From Chloroflexota bacterium (GTDB lineage Bacteria > Chloroflexota > Dehalococcoidia > DSTF01 > RBG-16-68-14), in the NCBI GenBank assembly GCA_003228685.1, contig QIFC01000029.1:1759-65758 (forward strand): 64,000 nucleotides of DNA. The letters run 5' to 3'. A program made the translations under genes and the position numbers. The notes under the pieces are model-generated. The model saw nothing but the letters and a program-made list of their open reading frames with translations. It had not been told where the DNA came from and ran no database searches. Below, one piece after another: positions 30,888-40,825 of this stretch (positions are counted from its first letter, which is position 1; each line of letters opens with the position of its first letter).

Positions 30888-32207
30888 ATGCGCGATAGCA
30901 TGCTCCAACTCCTCCCGATGCTCTCCCAGGAGCTGCGCCTCGAAGGGCCTGCTCTCGAGATCGGCGCACTGCAGACTGAAGGGCAGGAGGACTACGCTGA
31001 CGTACGTGCGTTTTTCCCAGGCGCGCTCTATGTGGGAGGCGACATGCGGCCCGGGCACGGCGTCGACTGCGTGATCGACGCACACCAGCTCGCAGTGCGC
31101 GAGTGCGCGGTGGCGACGGCCCTGCTCATCGACACGCTCGAACACGTCCAGAGCCCGTTCGTGGCGGTAGAGCAGGCAGCGAGAACGCTCAAGCCCGGCG
31201 GGGTGTTGGTGATCTCTTCCGTGATGAACTTCCCGATCCATGCCCATCCTTCGGACTACTGGAGGTTTACGCCAGCGGCGTTCGACTACCTCCTGGCGGA
31301 CTTGTCACCGCGCATCGTTCTTACGCAGGGTGACGCGGAGTTCCCCCAGAACGTCATCGGCATCGCGATGAAGCCGGCGACGGACCCGGAACGCGAAGTG
31401 CGATTCGATGAAGGCGTGCAACGAGTGCTGTCTGCCTGGCCCGAGGACGCGCCGGCCGGCCCGCTCTACACCTGGCGGCCCTCTGTGGTCGCGCTGTCCC
31501 AGCGACAAGCTGAACGCCCGCTCCTCGTTCTGGAGTCGGGCGTCACAATCGGCCAGAGCTTCGTCTGCCCAATGGACGGCCTTGAGCGCATCGATGTCAA
31601 GATGTCGACGTTCGGGCGCTCCCACAACTGCCACGTGCTGTTCCGCCTCTTCGACATCGACGACGGACGCAAGGAGATAGCAGCCTACCGTCTGTTCGGT
31701 CCACACGTCTTAGACCAGGGCTGGACGCTGGTTCCCATTCCGCTGCAGCCCAAATCGAAAGGCCGGCGCTACCTTCTGACACTGGAGTCACCAGACGCCC
31801 TGTTCGGAGAAGGTGTAACCGCCATGGCCAGTTCCAAGACGGTCTACGAGGATGGACAGCTCACGATCACTGGAGAAGCTACGACCGGCAGCTTAGGCTT
31901 CCAAGCCCACTGCCGAGCAGCGGACTGGGGCGTTTCGCAGGGCGCGCGAACTGAAGCGGCGCGTGCAGCAGCAGGTGGCGCCGCGGGGAGCGGGCAGGCC
32001 AACGAGATGGGATGGGAGCAAGTACGCTACCTAACTGCGAAACTGAACGCGGAACTGGACGCGTTCCGCGCCGACCAGGTCAAGGCGCAGGTGGGGCTGG
32101 ACATGAGGCTGGAGGCGCTGCTCGACGAGAGCAGGGAGGCCGCGTCGCTGGCCCGCGCCGTGAAGCGCAACCCGCTGGCCCGGATCTGGAACCGGCTGCT
32201 CGGATAG
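30888..32207 (+). CDS. SAM methyltransferase-domain protein with a middle domain and a C-terminal coiled coil (WbdD-like terminator candidate)
   Basis: The N-terminus has LEHVQSP...LKPGGVLVISS methyltransferase motifs. The C-terminal ~60 aa (LTAKLNAELDAFRADQVKAQVGLDMRLEALLDESREAASLA) has heptad-like character. Confidence 0.65.
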   Translation: MRDSMLQLLPMLSQELRLEGPALEIGALQTEGQEDYADVRAFFPGALYVGGDMRPGHGVDCVIDAHQLAVRECAVATALLIDTLEHVQSPFVAVEQAARTLKPGGVLVISSVMNFPIHAHPSDYWRFTPAAFDYLLADLSPRIVLTQGDAEFPQNVIGIAMKPATDPEREVRFDEGVQRVLSAWPEDAPAGPLYTWRPSVVALSQRQAERPLLVLESGVTIGQSFVCPMDGLERIDVKMSTFGRSHNCHVLFRLFDIDDGRKEIAAYRLFGPHVLDQGWTLVPIPLQPKSKGRRYLLTLESPDALFGEGVTAMASSKTVYEDGQLTITGEATTGSLGFQAHCRAADWGVSQGARTEAARAAAGGAAGSGQANEMGWEQVRYLTAKLNAELDAFRADQVKAQVGLDMRLEALLDESREAASLARAVKRNPLARIWNRLLG

Positions 32208-32267
32208 CCCGAGTCGTTTCGCCTGGAACCGCCACGTAGAGCGTGGTAAGAACGTAGCCTCGCCGGA

Positions 32268-33518
32268 CTAGACGTGGGCAGTTCGTCCGTGCGTCTCTGC
32301 CTTGCCGCCGCCGTCTTCCGATGCTGCTCTCACTTGCTGGAGACCGATAACGTCGCCTCCGCCAGTCTTCTTGGTTGGCCGCCGTTCGAAGAAGTAATTG
32401 AACCAATCGTTCGTCGTAGAGCCCGGCTGGAACGAGTCCTTCGAGTTGCCTTGAGCTACATGTTGTTGGTAGTTCTCCCAAACGACCGTGTACGGACAAT
32501 CGTGGCAGATAAGGTCCTTCGCGTGCTGTGGCGCATTCGCTCTCGATCTGAATAGCCAACGGGCGTCCTGGAACTGTTGGTTGTTCCACACCTCCTTGAA
32601 GGACTTGTCAACGATCGAATCGTAGTCATCCTCGCGGTAGAAGGCTGCCGCGCACGGCGCCACACCGCCGTCGTTGTTCACAATCGCGTATTCCCAGAGG
32701 TATTTGCAGCGCTCTGCGGAGGGGTTGCTGTTGGGAGGGAAGGTAATCTCGCTGCCGGATTCCCACTCATCGCCGGCCACCCACCCCTTCGAGGCGAAGA
32801 AGCTGATTCCGAGTTCAGCGGCGGCCGCTCTCGCCTCGTCAACCTCGTGCTGATTGTGTTCAAAGACGTGAAACGACCAGCAGATGTCTGGTGTGGTCGA
32901 CTTGAGTTTCCGCTTTGCTTCGACGAGCAGCCTGATGTTTTCCATGACGAGGTCGAAGTTCGCCCCCACCCGGTACTGCTCGAGGCTCTGCTGGCGCGCA
33001 CCGTCGATGCCAGCGCCGATGGCGGCCAACCCGGAAGCCACCAGTTTCTCTGCCCGCTCGCTATCAAACGGAACGCTGAAGTTGCTGCTAATGATGGTAG
33101 AGAGGCCCTTATCGCTGGCAAGCCGAATCATCTCGTAGATGTTCTTATTGAGGAGCGGCTCTCCCCAGTTGTAAAAGTCGATCAGGAGAGCATGGTCGCC
33201 CAATTCGTCTATCAGGCGCTGGTACATGTCCATGGGCATCATCGTGCGCTTACGCCCTACTTCGCCATCGCCTGTAAAGCAATACGGGCAGTTGAGGTTA
33301 CAGACGTTGGTGGCCTCGAATGTGAGCGAGATGGGGAATCCTAGGACCTTGATGTTGCCACGAGCGCGCTGAACCTTGACGAGGTAGTAGTTGAGGAACC
33401 GCCTTGCCGTGAGCTTGAGCCCGGGGTATCGAGGTGGCCTCAAAGCCAGGTAGGCCCTGTGTGCACCAGTCCGCCTGAGGAGCACACTCCTTAGTTGTGC
33501 CGCACGCTGCTTTAGCAT
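32268..33518 (-). CDS. Radical SAM protein with a SPASM/twitch-type C-terminal domain
   Basis: CNLNCPYC (CxxxCxxC) and a C-terminal CKYLWEYAIVNNDGGVAPC ... CHDCPY. Start set at MLKQ (33518), which has a GGGAGG SD. Confidence 0.85.
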   Translation of the reverse strand: MLKQRAAQLRSVLLRRTGAHRAYLALRPPRYPGLKLTARRFLNYYLVKVQRARGNIKVLGFPISLTFEATNVCNLNCPYCFTGDGEVGRKRTMMPMDMYQRLIDELGDHALLIDFYNWGEPLLNKNIYEMIRLASDKGLSTIISSNFSVPFDSERAEKLVASGLAAIGAGIDGARQQSLEQYRVGANFDLVMENIRLLVEAKRKLKSTTPDICWSFHVFEHNQHEVDEARAAAAELGISFFASKGWVAGDEWESGSEITFPPNSNPSAERCKYLWEYAIVNNDGGVAPCAAAFYREDDYDSIVDKSFKEVWNNQQFQDARWLFRSRANAPQHAKDLICHDCPYTVVWENYQQHVAQGNSKDSFQPGSTTNDWFNYFFERRPTKKTGGGDVIGLQQVRAASEDGGGKAETHGRTAHV

Positions 33519-33727
33519 TGCGCCTCCCATCACCTTCCACAACGTGACTACGTCCCGCACATATCGTCGTGATTACGGAGTACGTCGGGCCGCGGAGAAG
33601 CACATCATCTGCTAGGCGTCACGTCCAGCTAAATATAGCGTATCAACCAGCGTCCATGCGGCTGCCGGGGCTGCTTGAGGTCGCCACTACGCGACACTAC
33701 ACTTAGATACGCGTACCTGGGGGATCT

Positions 33728-34666
33728 ATGCCACGAATCCGAGTCGGCGTCACGCATACGTTGGAGCAGGCAGATTGGCCGGAATTTCTCAGGTTCTGGC
33801 AGGGTCTAGATCGCGAAACACTGATCGACAGCCTCTGGACCTCGGACCACCTTATCCCTCTGGCCAGCGAAACCGGGATGGACGGGCCATGCCTTGAAGG
33901 CTGGACCGCCGCCGCCGCCGCGGCACAGGCGACCGAACGGCTAAGAATCGGGTGTGTCGCGACGGCCGTCACGATGCGCCATCCATCGATCGTAGCGAAG
34001 ATGGCCGCCACGCTCGATCACATCTCCCTCGGCAGATTGGAGTTCGGGATCGGTGCCGCTTGGCACGGCGGTGAGCACGCCGCTTACGGCGTCGAATTTC
34101 CGCCGGTGGCGCAGCGCGAAGATATGCTCGAGGAGGCGGTGCAGGTGATCAGGCTGCTCTTCCGTGCGGAGGGCCCCGTCGATTTTGATGGTACTTACTA
34201 CTCGCTACGCCAGGCGCCCTTTGCGCCTGTTTGCGTTCAGCGGCCTCATCCGCCCATCACGGTCGCCGGTGGCGGCGAGAAGCGCACATTACGCACCGCC
34301 GCGCGCTACGCCGACGCCGCGAACGTCATCGGAGGCGTATCAACGGCTCGACGAAAGATGGCGGTCCTCGATGCCCACTGTGAAGACGCCGGCCGCGACC
34401 CCCGCGAGGTCGCCAGGTCTGCTGTAAGTCCGATCTGGCTCACCAGGAGCGAGAGCGAAGCCAGAGACCGGCGTGACGCAATGGTGCTATACACAGGTGG
34501 GGACGGCGCGGAGGACCTTGCCATGGGCGATGCAGATCACATCAGAGACGTAATCGACCGGTTCTTGGAGGCCGGTGTTAGCCAGCTAGTGACGGTCGCG
34601 TTGCCACCGTTTGACCTCGACCAGTACCAGCGCCTCTCAGATGAGGTACTCATAGCCTACGAGTAA
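33728..34666 (+). CDS. Luciferase-like monooxygenase (LLM) family, probably an F420-dependent oxidoreductase
   Basis: Typical LLM pattern: SLWTSDHL, HPSIVAKMAATLDHISLGRLEFGIGAAW. Confidence 0.8.
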   Translation: MPRIRVGVTHTLEQADWPEFLRFWQGLDRETLIDSLWTSDHLIPLASETGMDGPCLEGWTAAAAAAQATERLRIGCVATAVTMRHPSIVAKMAATLDHISLGRLEFGIGAAWHGGEHAAYGVEFPPVAQREDMLEEAVQVIRLLFRAEGPVDFDGTYYSLRQAPFAPVCVQRPHPPITVAGGGEKRTLRTAARYADAANVIGGVSTARRKMAVLDAHCEDAGRDPREVARSAVSPIWLTRSESEARDRRDAMVLYTGGDGAEDLAMGDADHIRDVIDRFLEAGVSQLVTVALPPFDLDQYQRLSDEVLIAYE

Positions 34667-34736
34667 GCGCGGGCAGTAACCTTCGAGACCGTCAGCCCAG
34701 GTCCTGTACTGCCACTTCCTGACCATGGTGGAGTGA

Positions 34737-35567
34737 TCAGCCTTGTTCTTCAACTGCGACACTCTCTTCCGCAGCCACCGCAGGCTGCCAGACGAACACG
34801 GCCACATCGGCCAGCCGGGGGACGCGCCGGGCCAGCTTGTCCAGGCCGCTCACAAGGATGGTGCCGAACCGGACCGGAAGGAATGAGAGGAATCGACCCC
34901 ATCCGGGGAAGCCAAAGAGGAGCGACACCCCGTAGGTCCGCACCACTCGGAAATACGGCTCACCTAGCGCTCGGGTATTGTGGAACGTGTACTCCCACGA
35001 ATGGAAGCGGGGCACGGGGCTGTCCCATAGGAGCAGCTTGCTCCGGGCCGGCGGCCAGACGGCGCGAAATATCCAGTAGAGCCAACGACTTACACGGATG
35101 GTGAAACCGCCATAGTTGTTGATGCTAACCACCGCCCGGCCCTCGGGGTGTAGCACCCGGACGAACTCCCGCATCGTCCCCTCTCGGTCGACCAGGTGAT
35201 CGAGGGCCGATTTGCAGATGAGCGAATCGAACACTCCTTCTTTGAACGGTAGCCATTCCGCCACTCCCTGCACCAGATTGATCCGCATCCCCCCCTCGAG
35301 GGCGGTCTTCCTGGCATCGCGGAGTTGCAGGGGCGAGGGGTCAAGGCCCCACCCCTCCCAGCCGGCGTGACTCATGGACGCGATATCGCGCGCATCGCCG
35401 CAGGCGACGTCCAGCACGCGGCCGCCTCCCTTCCCCGCGCCAGCGCTTTCCTGCACGAACCGGTCCCACCAGCCAAACAGGAGGTACGCGTCCAGCGTGC
35501 GGGGCATGATGCCCAGCAGCTCATCTGAGTGCCAGTGTGTCTGATACGCTTGCACATCAACCTTCAT
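34737..35567 (-). CDS. Class I SAM-dependent methyltransferase
   Basis: VLDVACGDARD motif I and LHPEGRAVV. Reverse-strand promoter TTGTTC (35650-35645)-17 nt-TATAAT (35627-35622). Confidence 0.8.
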   Translation of the reverse strand: MKVDVQAYQTHWHSDELLGIMPRTLDAYLLFGWWDRFVQESAGAGKGGGRVLDVACGDARDIASMSHAGWEGWGLDPSPLQLRDARKTALEGGMRINLVQGVAEWLPFKEGVFDSLICKSALDHLVDREGTMREFVRVLHPEGRAVVSINNYGGFTIRVSRWLYWIFRAVWPPARSKLLLWDSPVPRFHSWEYTFHNTRALGEPYFRVVRTYGVSLLFGFPGWGRFLSFLPVRFGTILVSGLDKLARRVPRLADVAVFVWQPAVAAEESVAVEEQG

Positions 35568-35828
35568 CGGATCCTCCGGTCGCAGAAACGAATGCCAGAT
35601 TTGAGATGGATGCTGGGCGTTATTATACTGGCATCTTCTTGGGTGAACAACGGCGTGTACTCCTCAGGCACATTGATGACACGCACGTCTCCCCGTGCCG
35701 GTGGGAGCACTACATCCGCAGGCTGGAATCGCCACGTCAACGTGGCGTTCGCGCCGTAAAGGGCAACCCGCCGGCCCGGATCTGAGACGGCTGCTGGGAG
35801 AGCCTGAGCCAGGGCTTAGAGCAGCAAC

Positions 35829-36452
35829 CTAGAGCGTCGTGTCCGGAACGCTCTCGATAATCTTCGCCGGAACCCCGCCGACTGTCTTGAACGCCGGCAC
35901 GTCCTTCGTGACCACGGCGTTCGCGCCAATCCGCGCACCAGGACCGACCTTCACATTGCCGAGGACCTTGGCACCGGTGCCGACGAACGTGCCATCGCCA
36001 ATCTCGGGCCCGCGGAAGTCGTCTTGGACCAAGCCTATTCCCACTCCCCAGGCCACAAAACACCTACGGCCAACCAACGTTACGCCAAAGATGCCGATGT
36101 TCCCGTGGGCCAGACAGACCCCTTCTTTGAGCACCGCTGTATCGCCAATCCGAAGGTTGAAGAACAGACTGCAAATGTGGTCGAGCAGACGAGGAATGAT
36201 CGGCACGTGGTGAGCCTGCAACGAGGCGCGCACCCGGTACAGCGCGAGTCCCAGATAGTCGTTGGCCATCCACAACAGCCGCAGCACGTTCATCCACTTC
36301 TGCAGCTTGTTCTTGAAGTCGTATGGTTCGCCGCGGTGTGCGCAGTACATCTCCGCGTCCTCGGCCAGGGCGAGGAGCAGCGAAGGACGAAACTTGCTCA
36401 GTTCTTCGAAGCGTTGGTAAACCAGGGCTGCTCTGTGAGGAAGATCATCCAA
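35829..36452 (-). CDS. Hexapeptide-repeat (LbH) O-acetyltransferase, serine-acetyltransferase-like, paralog A
   Basis: IGDGTFVGTGAKVLGNVKVGPGARIGANAVVTKDVP hexapeptide repeats. TTG start. Confidence 0.8.
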   Translation of the reverse strand: MDDLPHRAALVYQRFEELSKFRPSLLLALAEDAEMYCAHRGEPYDFKNKLQKWMNVLRLLWMANDYLGLALYRVRASLQAHHVPIIPRLLDHICSLFFNLRIGDTAVLKEGVCLAHGNIGIFGVTLVGRRCFVAWGVGIGLVQDDFRGPEIGDGTFVGTGAKVLGNVKVGPGARIGANAVVTKDVPAFKTVGGVPAKIIESVPDTTL

Positions 36453-36553
36453 GGGGCACCCCTCTCAGCGGTGGTCTCGCATTAGAACTGTCTTGCAAGA
36501 GTATCGACCAAGACTCATGACGCGATAAGACTGACGCTTCACTCTTGTCATAG

Positions 36554-37189
36554 CTATCCCGTTTTCGATACGACGCGGGCGGGCACCCCGGCCACAGTCG
36601 CGCAGGCGGGGACATCCCGTAGAACGACCGCGTTCGCGCCAACCTGAGCACCTGCGCCGATCTTCACGTCACCCAGGATCTTCGCGCCGGTTCCCACAAA
36701 CACTTCGTCACCCAGTTCCGGACCGACGACGTCGCGTTGCAGCACACCAATGGTCGTCCACGGCGCCAGCACGCACCCATGACCGACTATCGATATCCCG
36801 TCCAACACTACTTGGCCGTGGGGGATGTAGACACCCGCTTTCAAGACCACCAGGTCTCCTATCCGGATACCAAAAAAGAACGTGCAGGCGAAGTGCAGCA
36901 GCCGCGGCAGAATCGGTACGCCCATGGCGTGGAGCGAGGCGCGGACACGATACAGAGCCAGCCCTAGATAGTCGTCGGCGGACCACAGCAGGTGCAGAAC
37001 ACCCAACAGCGTTCCGCCCTGCGTCCTTGGGCCGCTCCCCTCCCCGCGGTGCGCGCGGAAGACGGCCGCATCAGCAGCCAGCGCGTTGAGCAGGGGCGGA
37101 CGCTGCGCGAGAACGTCCTTCAGGAACGCGTCAAAGCGCTCTTCGGGTGTGGGGGTGAACTCGTCGGGCTGATCCATCCCTGCCATCAT
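36554..37189 (-). CDS. Hexapeptide-repeat (LbH) O-acetyltransferase, paralog B
   Basis: LGDEVFVGTGAKILGDVKIGAGAQVGANAVVLRDVP, collinear with paralog A. The track's 294-aa form was trimmed to the MMAGMDQP start region (37189/37186/37177). Confidence 0.75.
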   Translation of the reverse strand: MMAGMDQPDEFTPTPEERFDAFLKDVLAQRPPLLNALAADAAVFRAHRGEGSGPRTQGGTLLGVLHLLWSADDYLGLALYRVRASLHAMGVPILPRLLHFACTFFFGIRIGDLVVLKAGVYIPHGQVVLDGISIVGHGCVLAPWTTIGVLQRDVVGPELGDEVFVGTGAKILGDVKIGAGAQVGANAVVLRDVPACATVAGVPARVVSKTG

Positions 37190-37388
37190 TGATATCCCTG
37201 TCCCAGCGCGGGACCTGAGGGCGCTCCATGCCGTAGGGCATTGTAACAGGGCGCCTGCACTACGTATGAGCGCAACGAGATGCCAGCGATGAGCATCATG
37301 CGAATGAGAGCCTTGGACGAGATTGCCTTCACGCGTGGCCAGCCGTGGCCGATGATGCTTGTGTTTGAGGACCGCGGATTGCGGCCAC

Positions 37389-38600
37389 TCATTGTGTGCG
37401 GGGAGCCCTAGGCGCCTTCGCGTCTCGCACGGGGGCAACAGTGTGCGTTAATTGCTGCTCGACACCAAGCAGTTCGGAGAAGAGCCGCTCGTAGTACTCG
37501 GCGGTCCTGCGCGAGCTGAAGAGTTCACGTATCTCGTCCGCAGGCCGAACATAACGTTCCGGCTCTTTGATTACGGCCGTGATAGCGCGGGCTAGTGCTA
37601 CGTCATCGCCGGGCGGAACCAACTCGCCCATGCCCGTGACTCGCACGGTCTCACGGACACCCGGCAGGTCTGTCGCAACGACAGGCGTGCCCATCAGCAT
37701 CGCCTCCGCCTGCGTCATCCCGAACGACTCAGTCGAATTCACGCTGGGCAAGACGAGGACGTCTATCATGTCGAAGAACGCCGCCAGCTCAGCGTCCGAA
37801 AGGATGCCAACGTGGGTCAGCCGGGAACCCAATCTCTCCATGTCCTGCCGAACCTGTTCATAGACGCGCTCGCCCAACACCTGGTCAGTGGGTCCGGCGA
37901 GTACGTAGCGCACGCCGGGTACCGCCTCTTCGACCAACGGAACGGAACGAATGAGACTGGGAATCCCCTTTTCCTCGGCGAAACGGCCGACGAAGCCCAC
38001 GAGGGGTCCGTCGCCAAGGCCGTGACGCCGCCGCAGCTCCAAGCCGCTCAGCGAGGCATCTTCAAGCTCGATCGGCGGGTAGACGCAAGAGACTTTGGCG
38101 TTGAAGTGACGTGGCAGACGCGCCCTCTTGCCAAATTCTTCAGCGTTGACGACGATGCGGTCCGCGAATTTGCCTGACAGATAGTGAGACACACGAATGG
38201 CAGGTGTAAACACGTAGCGGGGCGGCCCGTTCGGCAGTTCAATGTCACAGTGGTAGGTCATGACAACGGGCTTACGCAGCAGCTTCCCGACGAACGCCGG
38301 CCAGCTTGCTTCTAGCTGTGGCAAATGGATGTGGACTAGGTCATGTGACGCGACAAGCTTGGCAGCCTGCCAGGGAAACAGCGGCATGAGGGCGCCTTTG
38401 CTCACCTGCATGAGCACGCTGGAGCGGATGACCTTCACGCCGTCCAGTTCTTCGGTTTTGGGAAGGTCTGAGTCGTAGCGAGAGGTGAGGACCGTGACCT
38501 CATGGCCGCTGGCGATAAGACGTCTGTACAGTCGCTGAGCGTAGACGGTCAGCCCGCTAATGTGGGGCGCGTAGTACGTCAACACGGCGAGGATGCGCAT
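37389..38600 (-). CDS. Family 4 (GT-B) glycosyltransferase
   Basis: MRILAVLTYYAPHISG start with a GGAGG SD. C-terminal SVNSTESFGMTQAEAMLMGTPVVATD (EX7E region). Confidence 0.85.
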   Translation of the reverse strand: MRILAVLTYYAPHISGLTVYAQRLYRRLIASGHEVTVLTSRYDSDLPKTEELDGVKVIRSSVLMQVSKGALMPLFPWQAAKLVASHDLVHIHLPQLEASWPAFVGKLLRKPVVMTYHCDIELPNGPPRYVFTPAIRVSHYLSGKFADRIVVNAEEFGKRARLPRHFNAKVSCVYPPIELEDASLSGLELRRRHGLGDGPLVGFVGRFAEEKGIPSLIRSVPLVEEAVPGVRYVLAGPTDQVLGERVYEQVRQDMERLGSRLTHVGILSDAELAAFFDMIDVLVLPSVNSTESFGMTQAEAMLMGTPVVATDLPGVRETVRVTGMGELVPPGDDVALARAITAVIKEPERYVRPADEIRELFSSRRTAEYYERLFSELLGVEQQLTHTVAPVRDAKAPRAPRTQ

Positions 38601-38691
38601 GCTGCCTCCAACGTTAGTCGCGAATGCTCGTCTGAATCTAACGCTCTGCACCAGAGCACGTTGCTCCCACGCGATCGTTGAGCAACAGGCA

Positions 38692-39768
38692 TCATGTGGG
38701 GTGATGTCTTTCGCTCACCCCACCTAGATCAGCCACACGCACTTGGCCCAAGGGCGCTGACTCATGCATGTCCGCGTCTTCGGGCCCACCGCCTTCCCCC
38801 CGCCGCCGAGCACGGCGAGATTTCAGTTCACGCCAGAGAAGGTAGCCAGCGCCCAGAATGGTAGGCGGGAGCAAATACAGCGCATGAGCAACCAGAGCGT
38901 ACGTTGCGGCCGGTTCTTGAGCAACAGAGAACACGATAGTTAGCGTCTTGATGCTGATAATGTCATAGACACCCACCGCGCCGGGTGACGATGGGATGAA
39001 GAAGCCAAACGTTGTAGCGACAAGGAGGAATGGGGCAGCCGTCAGGGGCACATCAATCGAGAACGCCTGCAAGACGAGGTAGATAATGGTAGCGGAGCTG
39101 GCCCAAGAAAGAACCGTCCACATCAAGACAAGGGCCACGACGCGAAGGTGGGAGAGCGCAGAGAGGCCTTCAAGCGCGGAAACCGCTATAGGGCGAAGTC
39201 TTGGCGCAGCCCACGCAGGGAGCAAGGTCAGAATTCGCTCGAGGAGGGCGCCCGCGCGCTGCCGGTCTACGACTGCGAACACGACTACAGCTATAGCCAC
39301 AATTGCCACGATCAGTATCAGCACAGCCGAGAACAGGGCAGCGCGAGGAAAGTCGACGAACGGAATGAGCAGGCCAAGGATCGAAAGCAAGACCACAATA
39401 TCGATGAGGCGCTCTACAGCGATGGTGGAAAGCACGTGCGCTTTGGAAATTCCTTCGTCCTCGCCCAGCACGTATGCCCGGGCCACTTCTCCCAGTTGCA
39501 ACGGCAGAACGTTTCCCGCCATATAGCCCACGCTCAGCGCGCCGAATGTGGAGGAGAGAGCAATGTCCTTGCGCGGATAGAACAGCAAACGCCACCGTTC
39601 AGCTCGCATCGCGATCATAGCCAGCATGATAGGAATCACGGCCAACACGAGCAGGTAGTTGGCCTCAGCAAGAGACGTGCCAACCTGCCGCCATTCGACG
39701 CCGACGAACGCGACGTAGAGGGCGACCGCGCTGATAACCAGACCTACGAGCCAGCGGAGGTGCCGCAT
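38692..39768 (-). CDS. Flippase-like / LPG-synthase-TM (UPF0104) family membrane protein
   Basis: About 8 TM segments. RWRLL and GEVARAYVL motifs are typical of UPF0104. Start at MRHLRW (39768) behind a GGGAGG SD. Confidence 0.65.
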   Translation of the reverse strand: MRHLRWLVGLVISAVALYVAFVGVEWRQVGTSLAEANYLLVLAVIPIMLAMIAMRAERWRLLFYPRKDIALSSTFGALSVGYMAGNVLPLQLGEVARAYVLGEDEGISKAHVLSTIAVERLIDIVVLLSILGLLIPFVDFPRAALFSAVLILIVAIVAIAVVVFAVVDRQRAGALLERILTLLPAWAAPRLRPIAVSALEGLSALSHLRVVALVLMWTVLSWASSATIIYLVLQAFSIDVPLTAAPFLLVATTFGFFIPSSPGAVGVYDIISIKTLTIVFSVAQEPAATYALVAHALYLLPPTILGAGYLLWRELKSRRARRRGEGGGPEDADMHESAPLGQVRVADLGGVSERHHPT

Positions 39769-40025
39769 TGTGCCTCCCATTCGATTCGGGTCACTAGTTT
39801 GTAACGGTGGTAGTCCAGTGCGTGTTACCATAAGCAACACGAGAAATGAGGCCCACCCCGTTATGGTCGCCCGACTATGGGAGCACAGTATACTACATGA
39901 CGTATCTGAGACTCATCCACCTAGAGCGCCTCTCCACGGGTCACTCCAATTTGGAGCGCACCAGGCACGGAGTTGGATTCTCCATGTCTGGGTGTGGGCG
40001 GTAGCTGCTAGGAGGCGGACGGCGA

Positions 40026-40820
40026 ATGGGGCTCGCGAATACGATTCTACGGTCACGTCTCGCCAGATGGGTGCTGGCCGCCGGCGAGCGCTCCCCGTTA
40101 CGCCGGCTGCTGACAAGCGCGGTCTACGACTCACAAGTAGGCCTGCACACCGGCAGCGGCGACATGGAAGAAGATTGGAACAGTCGCGCGCGCCGCAACG
40201 CTCGCTTTTATGTCGCAGGCTTCGATTGGCACTCCGAGGAAGAGTTCCGCCGCTCTGGCAGGCGCGACCTGGACGGCATCATCCTCAAAGGGCTGGAGCT
40301 GCCGCAGGGAGCGATCGTTCTGGAGATCGGCTGTGGTCTCGGGCGGCTCTTGCGACCTCTTTCAGCGCGCGTGAAAGAGGCACATGGCGTCGATATCTCC
40401 TCGGAGATGGTCTCGCAAGCTGCCGAAGCGCTCGCGGATTGTCCCAACGTAGTGATACGGCAGACGGACGGGACGCTAGGCCAGTTTTCGAGCGAGTATT
40501 TTGACTTCTGCTTTTCGTATACGGTGTTCCAGCACATCTCAGATAAGGCAGCCGTATTGCGATACATCCAAGACTCTGGGCGAGTGCTTAAGCCCGGGGG
40601 CCTATTCCGCTTTCAGATCTGCCGCGGCGAGCCTGACAGCCCTCGCAACAGGGCCGGCGGCACGTGGCTGGGCGTTGTCTTTACGGAAGCGGAACTGGAG
40701 GAACTGCTGGAGGAAAGCGGCTTCGCGGTCATGGACATCGTTGAGGAGTTGACGCCGGCCGACGCCAGCCGGTGGGATTCCATTATCCTTACGTGTCAGA
40801 AACGTGAGCGGCGGCGTTAG
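40026..40820 (+). CDS. Class I SAM-dependent methyltransferase
   Basis: VLEIGCGLGRLL motif I and LKPGGLFRFQ. Confidence 0.8.
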   Translation: MGLANTILRSRLARWVLAAGERSPLRRLLTSAVYDSQVGLHTGSGDMEEDWNSRARRNARFYVAGFDWHSEEEFRRSGRRDLDGIILKGLELPQGAIVLEIGCGLGRLLRPLSARVKEAHGVDISSEMVSQAAEALADCPNVVIRQTDGTLGQFSSEYFDFCFSYTVFQHISDKAAVLRYIQDSGRVLKPGGLFRFQICRGEPDSPRNRAGGTWLGVVFTEAELEELLEESGFAVMDIVEELTPADASRWDSIILTCQKRERRR

Positions 40821-40825
40821 TACGG

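Noticed and set aside
32207-33727. The radical SAM/SPASM gene interpreted as a RiPP maturase with an adjacent precursor peptide.
   Set aside because: Reading the flanking intergenic DNA on both strands gave no SD-preceded small ORF. The context is glycan biosynthesis. The question stays open in the findings because small ORFs are easy to miss by eye.
37190-37438. N-terminal extension of the second acetyltransferase ORF, overlapping the GT4 gene end.
   Set aside because: There is no similarity to the paralog's N-terminus. The paralog alignment begins near MMAGMDQPDEF, and the extension would overlap the 3' end of 37389..38600.
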